A DNA stretch of 50,739 bases from Methanobacteriota archaeon. Its GTDB lineage: Archaea; Thermoplasmatota; Poseidoniia; Poseidoniales; Thalassarchaeaceae. This document shows positions 30,272-46,078 of this stretch, piece after piece (positions within the stretch are counted from its first letter, which is position 1; each line of letters starts with the position of its first letter). Position numbers and translations under genes: made by a program. The notes beneath the pieces were generated by a model, which was not told the origin of the DNA, did not search any database, and worked only from the letters and a program-made list of their open reading frames with translations. The DNA lies in NCBI GenBank assembly GCA_002722595.1, contig PBMO01000046.1, positions 1 to 50,739 on the forward strand, written 5' to 3'.

Positions 30272-30763
30272 ATGGCCGGTGGTGGTGATGCTCCTAGTGT
30301 ACCAGTTTGGGACATGGCAATACTTGCTGGAGCAGTATTATTGGCATCAACCATGGTCATCGTGGCCTGGACTCAGCCTGTTCAGTATGAATTGGATGGA
30401 CCAAAGGAGATACTCGTTATACATACTGGACTCTCCGAAGCTACGTTGAGTTTCAAAGCAAAGTGCACAGGTGAGGAATGTGATCCATTATCAGTATGGA
30501 TTATTCCACACGATGGTTTGGAAAGTTGGGATGGCGGACTAAGTGATGCGCAGGAGGTTGAATTGCTTGATCAAGATTCGAATTCAGTTTCTACCGACAT
30601 GGATGGTGCACTTACTTCGGGAGAATATCGAATTATCCTAGACGGCACTGGTAGCTATACATTTGAAACAACTGTTCATCGCACGCTGCCGCATGAATAC
30701 CTACCTGCTATAGTGGGTAGTTTGTTACTAATATGGGGCATATGGAGAAAACAGCACGAATAA
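30272..30763 (+). CDS. Membrane protein with two TM helices flanking an acidic beta domain
   Basis: Hydrophobic segments at both ends. Start at ATG 30272. Confidence 0.65.
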   Translation: MAGGGDAPSVPVWDMAILAGAVLLASTMVIVAWTQPVQYELDGPKEILVIHTGLSEATLSFKAKCTGEECDPLSVWIIPHDGLESWDGGLSDAQEVELLDQDSNSVSTDMDGALTSGEYRIILDGTGSYTFETTVHRTLPHEYLPAIVGSLLLIWGIWRKQHE

Positions 30764-30765
30764 TG

Positions 30766-32187
30766 CTAAACCCATTCCCAGCGACGTCCGCCAGTTGTTG
30801 TATCGATAATTCCTGTGTCAGAGATTATGTTTCCTTTGCTGGACAATCCATAGAAAAGCGATCTCGTTTCACATAGACTGCACCTCATGGCGCTGTAAGC
30901 TACAGAATATATTCTCTCTATTTCAATAGGTGGTAGTTTCGGCTGTTCTTCAATAATGGATGCAATAGATGCATTCAGTATTATTGCCATCAAATCTGAA
31001 TGGATGTCAGTAATCGAATTCCACCCTTCAAAGCATTTTCCATTAGGTGGGATTTTATTGAAACCAATGCCAATGACTACACGAACATCTTCGCCTTGTG
31101 TTTTGCCTTCAACCAAGGTCCCAGCCATTTTCCCAAGCCCAGCCCTTCCAATGTACCATATGTCATTTGGCCATTTTATTCTAACACCCATGTCTTCCAA
31201 AATTGAAGAATTTGTCCAACAGTGGCTAGGGAGTCCTTCCATAAGGGCCGTTGAAATAGAATCGATAACTGCTACTGATGAAGCAATCTGGAGCCATTCT
31301 GCACCCTTCTCTATAGATTTTCGACCAAATACCCAACTGCCCATGAAACCTTCTTTTGGATTGTCCCAATTGTTTCCTGAGAAACCCCTTCCCTTGGTTT
31401 GATGACTTGTCGTAACAAGTGAACCTGTGGGTGCATTTTCCAATTCCATAGCCACACTATTAGTTGACTCACACTTTTCCAGGTGAATTTTTATTGCCTC
31501 TTCAAAGGGCCTCCAGCATGCTATAACTGTCAGTTTTTCATCACCAATATTGGTCCATGCTACTGGCCTTGTAGCCCATCCACCACTTCGCCAAAGTTTT
31601 GGAATTAAATGGCCCAATTGGTTTGAGCTATGGAGGAGAAGTACCACACCTTTCTTGTTGAGCAGTCCTGGTCTCTGTTCGAGCAATGAGATCAATTCCT
31701 GGCACTGATTATTTTCGATCAACCCTGATTCTTCTAGTGGGCCGAGTCGGGGTGATTTTTCTGGAGGTGTGTCGAGATAAGGGAGGTTCCAGATAATCAA
31801 GTCGAAATTATCCTCTGATATTTGCGCAAAGTAATCATCTCCTGGCCCTCCTTCAATGACGTTTTCTCCACTCCATTTTATCCCATTCAATGATGCATTA
31901 CCAAGCGTCGCTGAAACAGCATATGGATTTGTATCACAGCAGAATACTTCCCAACCTCTTAGCCGGGAACTTATCGATATGGCACCACTTCCACAGCCTA
32001 TCTCAAGCACCTTCTGACCCGGCTTGAAAGGTATCTCGGCGACGACTTGATCAAGAAGACTGGTATCCTCTCTCGGGGGATAGACAGTAGGGGGAATTTG
32101 CAGATTGATATCTGGCAGTTCATGAGGTGACCAAGATATTCTGGTGGCCTCAGATTTGAGGTATTCAATTTCTCTTTTTACGTCCAA
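30766..32187 (-). CDS. Fusion of HemK2/PrmC-like SAM methyltransferase and biotin-protein ligase
   Basis: VYPPREDT, LEIGCGSG, WNLPY; then ESTN, QTKGRG..G..W, KWPND, KMAGTLVE, GIGFN. Confidence 0.85.
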   Translation of the reverse strand: MDVKREIEYLKSEATRISWSPHELPDINLQIPPTVYPPREDTSLLDQVVAEIPFKPGQKVLEIGCGSGAISISSRLRGWEVFCCDTNPYAVSATLGNASLNGIKWSGENVIEGGPGDDYFAQISEDNFDLIIWNLPYLDTPPEKSPRLGPLEESGLIENNQCQELISLLEQRPGLLNKKGVVLLLHSSNQLGHLIPKLWRSGGWATRPVAWTNIGDEKLTVIACWRPFEEAIKIHLEKCESTNSVAMELENAPTGSLVTTSHQTKGRGFSGNNWDNPKEGFMGSWVFGRKSIEKGAEWLQIASSVAVIDSISTALMEGLPSHCWTNSSILEDMGVRIKWPNDIWYIGRAGLGKMAGTLVEGKTQGEDVRVVIGIGFNKIPPNGKCFEGWNSITDIHSDLMAIILNASIASIIEEQPKLPPIEIERIYSVAYSAMRCSLCETRSLFYGLSSKGNIISDTGIIDTTTGGRRWEWV

Positions 32188-32390
32188 AAACGCCTCACTA
32201 CCCTGTTTATGCCACCCGGGTGGAGTCTAGTTTGATGAATATTCTGCAAACCTTTATGTCGATTTTATCATACCGGAGGTTCGTGGCTCGTTCTGACAAG
32301 TCACATATACAGCCAACCGCGATAGGTTTGTTGTATTCCGTAACCCTTTAAAACACCCCCTCGGTCCGCGGGTGGCCCAGAGATATCCAT

Positions 32391-32464
32391 GGGCCTGTAG
32401 CTTAGCAAGGTAGAGCGACGGGCTTTTAACCCGTTGGCCAAGGGTTCGAATCCCTTCAGGCCCG
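32391..32464 (+). tRNA. tRNA-Lys(UUU)
   Basis: Acceptor GGGCCTG/CAGGCCC, anticodon arm ACGGG-CTTTTAA-CCCGT, T-loop GGTTCGAATCC. No intron; CCA not encoded. Confidence 0.95.
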
Positions 32465-32516
32465 CTCTCCTTTGCTAATTTACAGGCAGTCTTTGGGCAC
32501 GGCGCGGGTGAAGAAA

Positions 32517-33107
32517 TTGGTTGTTAAGAGTTCCACAAAAAAGAGGCTAGTTGAACTTGGTGTGCAGGAAGAGCATGCACACAAGCTTGCAGACGACGCC
32601 AATATGGATGCTATTAAGCAAATGAGTGTCGAGCAGGTTGCAAAGAAAATCGGTATCGATTCTGACAGTGCTGAGATTGAGAAAATCATGGGTATCATCC
32701 GTGAACAGGGGACACGTAAGAGAACACGTTCCCGCCGAATTACAATTTCTCAGAAAGCAATTGATGATGATGATGATGCACCAAAAGGTTCAGACCGATT
32801 CAATGTGCTAAATCACCACCTTGTCCCTCACCATGAACTGATTCCAGTTGATGAAGAGGCTAAAACGCTAGAGCCTTGGGGTCTTGAAGAAGCAGATTTG
32901 GCGTCCGATGGCACACGCTTGGCTAAGGAACTACTTCCTAAAATATTGATTACCGATCCTGCAGTTCAGGTCTTGAAAGAAATGACTGAACTTGAAGATG
33001 ATGAGTTGCCTGCTGGTTGGCTGACCAATCGTGTTGTACGTGTTGTTCGGTACAGTAAGGCTTCAGGAACAACTACGGCTTACCGGCTGATTGTAGAGGA
33101 AAACTGA
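32517..33107 (+). CDS. rpoH: RNA polymerase subunit H (Rpo5) with long N-terminal extension
   Basis: HHLVPHHE, LPKI..TDP, R.S..SG....YRLIV. GGTGA SD precedes TTG 32517. Confidence 0.88.
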   Translation: MVVKSSTKKRLVELGVQEEHAHKLADDANMDAIKQMSVEQVAKKIGIDSDSAEIEKIMGIIREQGTRKRTRSRRITISQKAIDDDDDAPKGSDRFNVLNHHLVPHHELIPVDEEAKTLEPWGLEEADLASDGTRLAKELLPKILITDPAVQVLKEMTELEDDELPAGWLTNRVVRVVRYSKASGTTTAYRLIVEEN

Positions 33108-33113
33108 GGAGGA

Positions 33114-36100
33114 ATGAGTATGAAGGAAATAATTGAGAGTTACTTTCGAGATCGCAGTCTTGTTAATCACCAGCTGGCATCATACAACGACTGTATTCCA
33201 TCAGCGGATTCACAGAGCAGTCGTTTCGAGGAAATAGTAAGAAACATCAGAATTGGTACAGATGAAGTACTTGACGATGGTGAGGGAGGAATCATCAAAC
33301 TCGACGTTCTAGATCATGAAATCCATGTGCGCATGAAAAACATGACAATTGGAAATCCTAAGATAAAGGAAGCAAATGGTTCACGTCATGATTCCTCACC
33401 TCTTGAATGCAGGCTACGGAAATTAACCTACATGTCTCCAGTTTTCCTTGATTTCACCATTCATCGCGACGACTTACCGCAACCAATTATTGAAGAAAAG
33501 GTCCAAATTGGGAATATTCCAATTATGGTAAAAAGTCGCCGGTGCAATCTGAATCCGGCCCACGTTGATCCAAACAGAAAGTTGAATCCTAATCAAGTGA
33601 AAGAGGATGAACTGCATTATCGTCGTCTACTTGAAGGCAAAGGTGAAGATCCATTCGACCCAGGTGGGTATTTCATCATTAACGGTACCGAAAGGGTACT
33701 CATATCGATGGAAGATCTTGCTCCTAACCGCGTCACAGTTGAGATGAACAAGCGATATGCAAGAAAAACAGAAGTTGCTAAGATTTTCTCACAGAAAGAC
33801 GGTGTACGAAAACCACTTACAGTCGAGAAGCGAAAAGATGGAATGTTGATGGTTAAAATCAGTAGTGCTGGAACTACTGCAATCCCTGTGGTTCTCTTGA
33901 TGAGAGCTCTTGGAATTGACAACGACCAAGAGATATTCCAAGCAATCGCAGGTCCTACTGCGACATTCAAATTCATCGTAGCCAACATTAACGAGGTTAA
34001 GGACAACGAGGAATATGGTGTAGAAAATCAGGAAGAAGCTATGCAGTGGCTTGAGAAGAAATTTGCAGCAGGTCAGCAAAAGGAATACCGTGAACAGAGA
34101 ATTCAGAATTTGCTGGACAAAGAATTGCTACCCCACCTTGGGAGTGACTCCGAAGAGGATCGTAAGAAGAAGGCAGTATTCCTTGGCAGAATAGTTCGTC
34201 AAGTCCTTGAAATGGCGATTAATGACAAGGAGCCCAATGACAAGGATCACTATGCTAACAAGCGTGTTAGATTGGCAGGAGATTTAATTGAAGACTTATT
34301 CCGTGTTTCACTACAACAGTTGGCACGAGATCTCAAGTATCAACTTGAAAGACATCACAATCGAAAGCGTGACCTAAAGATAACATCCTGTTTGCGTCCC
34401 GACGTTTTGACATCAAAGATTATGCATGCATTAGCCACAGGCAATTGGGTCGGAGGACGGAGTGGTGTAAGCCAATTACTCGATCGAACGACCTACCTCG
34501 CCGCTCTTTCGCACATGCGCAGAGTTACGAGTCCACTTGTTCGAAGCCAACCGCATTTCGAAGCACGAGATTTGCACCCTACACAATGGGGCCGACTTTG
34601 TCCAAACGAAACTCCCGAGGGTCAAAATTGCGGCCTTGTAAAGAATGCTGCTCAAATGATTGACATTTCTGAAGCAGTACCTGAAGACGATGTGAAGGGA
34701 CTTCTTGCTGAGGCAGGTGTTGATCCTCGTCCATCCGGATGGTCTGAAGGCGCTCGTGTTCACGTCAATGGAGATATCTTTGGTTTGCACATGAATCCAC
34801 ATAAACTGGTTGACCATATCAAGCGCAGCCGTCGCCGTGGAAGAATACGACCAGAGGTCAGCATACGACATGATTCAGTCAATCGTGATATATTCATCAA
34901 TACTGACAAAGGCCGTATTTTACGCCCGCTCTTAGTATTGGACAATGGTTCCCTAGTTCTTTCCAAAGAATACCTTGATGGGTTGCGGTCACAAGAAATC
35001 CGTTTCCAGGATTTGGTTAATGAGGGGGTTGTAGAATGGGTGGATGCAGAGGAAGAAGAAGACCTACTTATTGCTCCAAGACCATACGATCTTCCAGCAG
35101 TCAGTCCAAAGAACAAGCGACCACTGTCTCCATCGAATGTTGAATGGATTAACATGGGCGAAGAAGGAATTACTCATGCTAAACTAACAGCCCAAATCAT
35201 AATGCCAAATGGTGACAAGGCTGAAGAAACTTTCAAAGTACCTTTGAATTACTATCAAGAAGAGACCGACAAATTAGCTCGCAGGGCTAAGAAGACAGGT
35301 GATGTACTAATTTACACACACGTTGAAATTGATCCACAGTTAATATTGGGAGTTTGTGCAGCGTTGGTACCGTATCCAGAACACAATTCCACTCCACGTG
35401 TAACTGGTGGAACTGCAATGGTCAAGCAATCCCTTGGTTTGCCTGCGGCGAATGGCCGATTGAGGCCAGATACTCGACAGCATGTTTTGCATTACGCACA
35501 GAATTCGATGACCGGCACCCGGGCCATGGAAGCAACCAATTTCCTCCGCCGTCCTGCAGGTCAGAATTTTGTTGTGGCAATTTTAAGTCATCATGGTTAC
35601 AACATGCAGGATGCAGTAATTATGAACAGAGGCAGTGTTGATAGGGCACTGGGGCGCTCTACATTTATTCGTACATACAATGCTGAAAGAAAGAGATTCC
35701 CAGGTGGACAGGTCGATGAGATTGAGGTTCCTGGAACAGGCCTAGATGAAGTAAAGGGTCTCAAAGCGCCAGAGGCGTATGCACATCTCGAAGGCGACGG
35801 TCTACCCACTCCTGAAACTGAAATAAGCAGTAAACCAGAAGACAGGGATAGAGTCCCACAAGTGCTAGTTGGTAAGACAAGCCCCCCAAGATTCCTTGAA
35901 GAATCCCATGGTGCTTTCTTGCAAGCACAGGAGAGACGTGAATCGAGTATGAATGTACGACATGGAGAGGGTGGATTCGTTGACAATGTTTTCGTTACGG
36001 AATCACTTGACTCCAATCGCCTTGTTCGAATCACACTTCGTACAAACAGGATACCCGAATTGGGTGACAAGTTTGCCAGTCGTCACGGGCAGAAAGGAGT

Positions 36101-36796
36101 AATTGGGCGTTTAGTAGATCCGGAAGATATGCCATTCACTGTTGATGGAGTAGTCCCTGATTTGTTAATCAACCCACACGCCATTCCTTCACGCATGACT
36201 GTAGCACACATCCTTGAGATGATTGGCGGTAAGGTTGGCTCCATGGAAGGTCGCTTAATTGATGGAACTGCATTTAATGGAGAGAAAGAAGACAGTCTGA
36301 GAGAAGGCCTTCTTCGTCACGGCTTTGCCCACACTGGCCGTGAGACAATGATTAATGGTGAAACTGGGGAAGAATTCCCTGCACAAACATTCGTGGGTGT
36401 AATCTATTACCAGAAATTACACCACATGGTTAGTGGTAAGATACACGCTAGAAGTCGCGGTAGAGTGCAGATTCTAACCCGTCAACCTACCGAAGGTCGT
36501 GCCCGCCAGGGTGGACTTCGATTTGGTGAAATGGAGCGCGATTGTTTGATTGCACACGGCGCGTCTATGGTAATCAAAGATAGATTATTGGATGAATCTG
36601 ACGGATGGGAACTATTTGTGTGTGCAGATAGTGGTCATATTGCTTATTGGGATTGGCGCAAGAGATGTTATGTTAGCCCAATACATGGTGACAAGGCAGA
36701 AGTATTCCCCGTATCAACATCCTACGCTTTCAAGCTTCTACTGGATGAAATGAAATCACTTGGTGTGGCTATGAGACTCGAACTGGAGGACAAGAG

Positions 36797-36800
<4 letters not shown>
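33114..36800 (+). CDS. rpoB: RNA polymerase subunit B (Rpo2, unsplit)
   Basis: GGYFIINGTE, ETPEG.NCGLVKN, GDKFASRHGQKG, RQPTEGRAR.GGLRFGEMERD. Confidence 0.97.
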
Positions 36801-41457
<4,657 letters not shown>

Positions 41458-41481
41458 TATAACATTCCATGAGAAGCAACA

Positions 41482-41802
41482 GTGGAGAATGGAGGAATTA
41501 ATTTGGATCTAAGCAGACAATTGAAGACCGCAATAAAAAGTGGAGAACTAACATTTGGACAAAATCAGGCAGCAGATGCCTGTGCTAATGGACTGGCAAA
41601 AATGCTGATATTCGCAGCAAATTGTCCGCAGAGTTACATAGAATCTCTCCGAGCACGCCATCCTGATGTGCCGATGTATCAGTCTGAACTGGTGAATCGT
41701 GAACTTGGCGCTGCTTGTGCTAAGCCTTTTGCAATCAGTACAATATGTGTTCATTCAGAAGGAAGCAGCGAATTGCTGAGCCTCCAGTCGAATTTGGATT
41801 GA
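41482..41802 (+). CDS. rpl30e: 50S ribosomal protein L30e
   Basis: AIKSG...G, A.NCP, ELGAAC.KPF, G.S; canonical position after rpoA''. Confidence 0.88.
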   Translation: MENGGINLDLSRQLKTAIKSGELTFGQNQAADACANGLAKMLIFAANCPQSYIESLRARHPDVPMYQSELVNRELGAACAKPFAISTICVHSEGSSELLSLQSNLD

Positions 41803-41873
41803 AGCTCTGAAATCAACCTTTACATGGCTGGATTGAACGTAGTGTTCAAGGCACTTATTGCCGCCGTGAGGAT

Positions 41874-42836
41874 ATGGAGTCACTAATCCGCGATTTATTA
41901 TCGCAACTTGGTGCTTCATTGGACCCTCCTCCAATTCACCAACCCTGTCCAGGAATTTCTCTATTGGGTGTACTCACGAACCCACCTAGGACAAGGAGTG
42001 GTTCTTCACTGAAAACGGGCACATTGGTTTGGCATGCACATGATGGCTGGGCTCCATTGGACAACCTAGAGATTGAGAGATGGTTAGTTGATGTATCTGC
42101 TGGCGATCACTGGCTATTGTCCGAGCGCCCCCTCCGCATTGAAAAAAAACCTATGAAACAGGGAGTTGATTACCAATTGTGGGGGCCTGAAAAATTCGGT
42201 CAATGGCTGGGTGATGCAATATTGAATGGTGATCTTGTTGCGAGTATCCCTCGAAAAATCACTTCAGATAACACAGATGACACTACGAATGTAATGACAC
42301 CCCCCCCTGAAACTGTGGATGAAGGTCCATGTGCACTGCGTCCGCAGATAAATCTGGAGGATATATTGGATAAGTTGAATCTGCGGAATGTTCAACCACG
42401 CCCAGTCCTCCTTCGGTCTAGAATTTGGTCAGTTACAGGAATTTTACGAGGCCCAGACGATGCGGCTCAGAGACAATGGTGGACATTTTTAGAGGATTCT
42501 TTCACAGGAGAAATCGTTCGGTTAGAATCTGTTGAAACTCTGGATTTCATTCCTGAATTAGAACATTTATCGCCCAATTCATGGGCAGTAGAAAGCGATA
42601 TAATACCTCAAATTGCAGGGCTTTGTGAAGAACGAAGGCATTCAGTTATCACAGAATCTGCTGCAGGACAGAAAGTTACAGGCAGCATTTTGCATTGGTG
42701 GAAATTAGATCCTTCCAGTGCTGAAATGAGCCCTCGTCTTGCTCTTTTGCCTGCATGGCAAATAAGATTACCAGATTATACTGCAGTTGTGCATGGATTA
42801 ACAGGTTCTCTTATTCCATTGACAAGATTAAGTTAG
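41874..42836 (+). CDS. Hypothetical soluble protein
   Basis: 320-aa Trp/Pro-rich ORF with no motif recognised. Confidence 0.65.
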   Translation: MESLIRDLLSQLGASLDPPPIHQPCPGISLLGVLTNPPRTRSGSSLKTGTLVWHAHDGWAPLDNLEIERWLVDVSAGDHWLLSERPLRIEKKPMKQGVDYQLWGPEKFGQWLGDAILNGDLVASIPRKITSDNTDDTTNVMTPPPETVDEGPCALRPQINLEDILDKLNLRNVQPRPVLLRSRIWSVTGILRGPDDAAQRQWWTFLEDSFTGEIVRLESVETLDFIPELEHLSPNSWAVESDIIPQIAGLCEERRHSVITESAAGQKVTGSILHWWKLDPSSAEMSPRLALLPAWQIRLPDYTAVVHGLTGSLIPLTRLS

Positions 42837-43985
42837 TACTTCATCAAGCCGATCTTGTTCCACAGCTCGACGAATTTCCATCGCAATTCTGCGACCACTG
42901 CTCATTGGCTTCCTCCATGTTGCATTTCCATAGGGGTGCCCCACATTAACATGGACATTTGTTCCACCACCCAAACGTGGTGCAACATCGTAAATGTAGT
43001 AATTCATATCTTTATCAATGCAGGTTTGTAGACAAAAGGGCCCAATGATTCCCGGGTCATAATGCTCCTTGCTTGCATCAATGAACTTCTCGCCGAGTTC
43101 AAAGGCACTTTCAAGCAAACTTTCTCGTATTGTTGCAGTATTGTGGCCAACTACAGTCATCTCAGGAATCTGCTGATGTGCAGGCATAGTCAACTGTTGT
43201 GGGGCTGGTAGTCGAACATGTCCATCCAACGACGATTCAAATCGCCAATCAACCCCGAGTAATTCGAGTTTGGGCATTTCTTCCTCAAGTGGGCTGTAGA
43301 AAAAGTTCAGATTGAACACGGGGCCAATGACGTATCTTTCAATACGTGCACCATCTAGACTTTCTTGGTCAATAATTCCCTCTTTGAGAAGAGATTCGGA
43401 TTTTTCGACATATTCATCATGGGAAGAGCAAGTGAAAAATCCCCTCTCGAGTTTTTTCTGGGCATGGTGCAACTTTACAATTACTAGGCAGTCAATGTCT
43501 TCTGGATTATCAATGGATTCTGGATACGGTAGACCTGCTTTGTCAAGTATCCAGTAGTAATCCTGTTCTTCAGTCCTTTCTTCCATACGCAGCATATTTC
43601 TACTGCCGAACATCGGCACTCGGAAGTCATTCTCAATACTCTCGATTGGGCTGTAGGATGTGAATGATCTGTTTGGGACATATACGACATTCCTATCTCT
43701 CATTTGTTGCTGAAAATTTGGCTCCATAACATCGTTGAAGGAGTCCAAAACAATTGCTTTGTCAACCATCCCACGGGTAACCCTTCCGGATGAATTACGG
43801 CGAGTCCTATAATACTCTGAATATGTCTTTTCACGCCCTTTTTGGCAATATGCGACAGTCGGGAACCCTTCTTCAATAGCTCCATCACAAATGTCCAATG
43901 CACTGTGGCTCGCCGTCATCCCAATACGTAATTTGAGGCGATCATAATCTTCTAGAATCTCTTGGATGTCGGTAGACGAAATCAT
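42828..43985 (-). CDS. purP: PurP-family formate--AICAR ligase (ATP-grasp)
   Basis: ASHSALDI..GA..EGF, VPNRSF, FGSR..LR.EER, ERGFF, GPFCLQ, DVAPR.GGGTN, GRRIA.EI. Confidence 0.9.
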   Translation of the reverse strand: MISSTDIQEILEDYDRLKLRIGMTASHSALDICDGAIEEGFPTVAYCQKGREKTYSEYYRTRRNSSGRVTRGMVDKAIVLDSFNDVMEPNFQQQMRDRNVVYVPNRSFTSYSPIESIENDFRVPMFGSRNMLRMEERTEEQDYYWILDKAGLPYPESIDNPEDIDCLVIVKLHHAQKKLERGFFTCSSHDEYVEKSESLLKEGIIDQESLDGARIERYVIGPVFNLNFFYSPLEEEMPKLELLGVDWRFESSLDGHVRLPAPQQLTMPAHQQIPEMTVVGHNTATIRESLLESAFELGEKFIDASKEHYDPGIIGPFCLQTCIDKDMNYYIYDVAPRLGGGTNVHVNVGHPYGNATWRKPMSSGRRIAMEIRRAVEQDRLDEVLT

Positions 43986-43989
43986 GTGC

Positions 43990-44889
43990 TCAACCGCCGC
44001 GCTGAAGTGCCATCAGTTCATCAGTAGTCAGTTTTTCACCTGACATGAGCTTGGACATCAAATCTTGAACCTCTACTCTTGCACCCGAATCGCTAGAAGA
44101 TGTTTCTGAAATACCAGAATCCTTGTTTTTCTTTGCCCTCAATATATCCTGAATTGAATGTAAGCAGCGAAGACTGACGATATAGGTCTGATGTGCATTG
44201 TCTGCTTCTTTTTTCGATCTGCGGACTTGCGATTGACTAGAATCTGCCTTTTCTCTTAGTCGATCAACCTCTTCGCTGATTTTTATCATCAAATCGTGGG
44301 CCTGCTGAGCGTTATCGGCAGCAGTAGTAACCGCATTGTGAGCTTCTTCCTGCTCATCAATGGCTGTTCTTAGTTTGACACGTGCATCCTTTAAGTCGAC
44401 ATTAGAGTCCTCTTTTTCAGCCATATCACGTAGTTTTCTTTTCATCATTTGCATCCTATGCATTGCCTTCTTCTCGTTCTTTCCAGTATGCTTGCCCATT
44501 TCGAATTCTCGTTCGAGAACTTCAATCTTACGTCGTAGCATGGCAGGAGTATCAGGCCGATCACGCTTTCCTCTTCGACCGCCTCTTTCTTGTTGTTCTG
44601 GTTCACCGCCAGATAACTGGCGAAGTTGCTCCTTTGCCTCTTTCACTTGGGCATTTTTCTGCGCACGGAGATCTTTTGCTTCACGCACAGCAGCATTAGC
44701 CTCATCTCGGATAACTTTCTGGCGCTGTACTTCTGTAATCAATTCCCGTACTTGACTATTGAATGTGTTTCTTGTACCCAAATGCTCTCGTGTCTTAGAA
44801 TTCCAGTTTTCACGGTGATCACGACTCTTCTTGACCTTCTTGTCAATGGTTGTTCGCAATCCATCGAGGTTAGTCAAATAGTCACTCAT
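43990..44889 (-). CDS. Archaeal long coiled-coil protein (COG1340-like)
   Basis: R..[WF]N / RD..N heptads, AQ..H..M, AD..H, C-terminal SGEKLTTDELMALQ. Confidence 0.75.
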   Translation of the reverse strand: MSDYLTNLDGLRTTIDKKVKKSRDHRENWNSKTREHLGTRNTFNSQVRELITEVQRQKVIRDEANAAVREAKDLRAQKNAQVKEAKEQLRQLSGGEPEQQERGGRRGKRDRPDTPAMLRRKIEVLEREFEMGKHTGKNEKKAMHRMQMMKRKLRDMAEKEDSNVDLKDARVKLRTAIDEQEEAHNAVTTAADNAQQAHDLMIKISEEVDRLREKADSSQSQVRRSKKEADNAHQTYIVSLRCLHSIQDILRAKKNKDSGISETSSSDSGARVEVQDLMSKLMSGEKLTTDELMALQRGG

Positions 44890-44969
44890 ATTATCACCTG
44901 GCGATGTCAGCCTAGTCTTTCAACAACTCGGCCACATAGGTGTTGCATATAATCGCTACTCTCAGGCAT

Positions 44970-44986
44970 CGCCCCCATAGGGGGCG
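44970..44986. promoter_or_regulatory. Palindrome CGCCCCC-ATA-GGGGGCG in a divergent promoter region
   Basis: Core is the exact reverse complement of 15282-15296. Confidence 0.5.
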
Positions 44987-45042
44987 CATCGTTCGAGACT
45001 TGAAATTAGATAACGATTAAGCCCTGCCGGCTAAACCCCGGT

Positions 45043-45735
45043 ATGATTATCATGTTCATTGATGGAATGCCGGGGATGGATAGAGTACTGACAAATGATG
45101 TTAATCCGCCATATTTGACACTAGTAACAGGTCCACCTGGTTCAATGAAATCCTCGTTTTGTCTTTCGATGATATCGAATCATTTGCGCCAGTCGGGAGG
45201 CTTTGGACTTTATTGTACTGTAGAGGAGACCACCAGTAGTCTTCTCCGTGCATCCCAGTCACTTGGATTATCTCTTCCACCAAACCTCCAAATAACAGAT
45301 TTCACAGAACTTCGAAATGAAAATGAGGCCATGGATTACCTCAAATTCACACAAAAAATGATTGAGCACTTCAAACGAGAGCGTGGTGACGCGTTTTCCG
45401 TTTTCATACTTGATTCACTTGGTGCAATTTATAGCCTTACAAAAGTAGATGAGGAAATGAGAAAGCGAATGTTCAGATTCTTCGAGTTCTGCCGGAGTCA
45501 GAATTTACACACCTTTGTAATCACTGAACGACAAAAAGGTGAAAGTGCTGAACTAGAAGGTAACGAAGGATTCCTTGCAGATGCAATTCTCAATTTGGGA
45601 CTTGACCGACGAAATGGGCAGATTGTAAGGACACTACAAATTGAGAAGATGCGTCACGTTAGGCATTCCATGGAAAAGCAAGCAATGGAAGTTACAGGTG
45701 CAGGTGTTTCTCTATTGGGCCCATTGTTTGATTAG
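45043..45735 (+). CDS. Single-domain KaiC/RAD55-like RecA-superfamily ATPase
   Basis: I.GMD..L, GPPGSMKS, TVEE, ILDS, LAD.I..L, IEKMR. Confidence 0.85.
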   Translation: MIIMFIDGMPGMDRVLTNDVNPPYLTLVTGPPGSMKSSFCLSMISNHLRQSGGFGLYCTVEETTSSLLRASQSLGLSLPPNLQITDFTELRNENEAMDYLKFTQKMIEHFKRERGDAFSVFILDSLGAIYSLTKVDEEMRKRMFRFFEFCRSQNLHTFVITERQKGESAELEGNEGFLADAILNLGLDRRNGQIVRTLQIEKMRHVRHSMEKQAMEVTGAGVSLLGPLFD

Positions 45736-46052
45736 AGAAAAGGAACCAATTTGGGTATTTCTTTAGCTATTATTGATCGCATAGAACCCACATTACATTC
45801 AATATCAGTTTGTATCAAAAGTGTGTGTCCTTCATCTATTCGCTGTGAGAACAGAAACGAATCTGATGTTCTGATGAATATTTTTGTTGCATTCTCCGGC
45901 GCTATAGACTCTAATGCATGCCAATTCGCGACAAATTTTTCTGCATCAATATCGGTGGGCGAGTATTCGATTGATAATGCATCGGGGCCGATTATTACTG
46001 CACATTTCACGCCATTTAAACTAGAGATTCCAGCCAATATTTCCTCTCTCAT
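45732..46052 (-). CDS. Roadblock/LC7 (MglB-like) domain protein
   Basis: L..I..L.GV..AVII..D and N.GS.R pattern, about 106 aa. Start at ATG 46052. Confidence 0.6.
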   Translation of the reverse strand: MREEILAGISSLNGVKCAVIIGPDALSIEYSPTDIDAEKFVANWHALESIAPENATKIFIRTSDSFLFSQRIDEGHTLLIQTDIECNVGSMRSIIAKEIPKLVPFL

Positions 46053-46078
46053 AATTGGCGGGATGCAGAGGAAGGGCA

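Noticed and set aside
32391..32464. tRNA-Lys as integration site of a mobile element
   Set aside because: No integrase nearby, no duplicate of the tRNA 3' end noticed, and flanks are housekeeping genes.
45043..45735. Circadian clock KaiC
   Set aside because: Single domain, lacks the ST phosphosites, and no kaiA/kaiB nearby.
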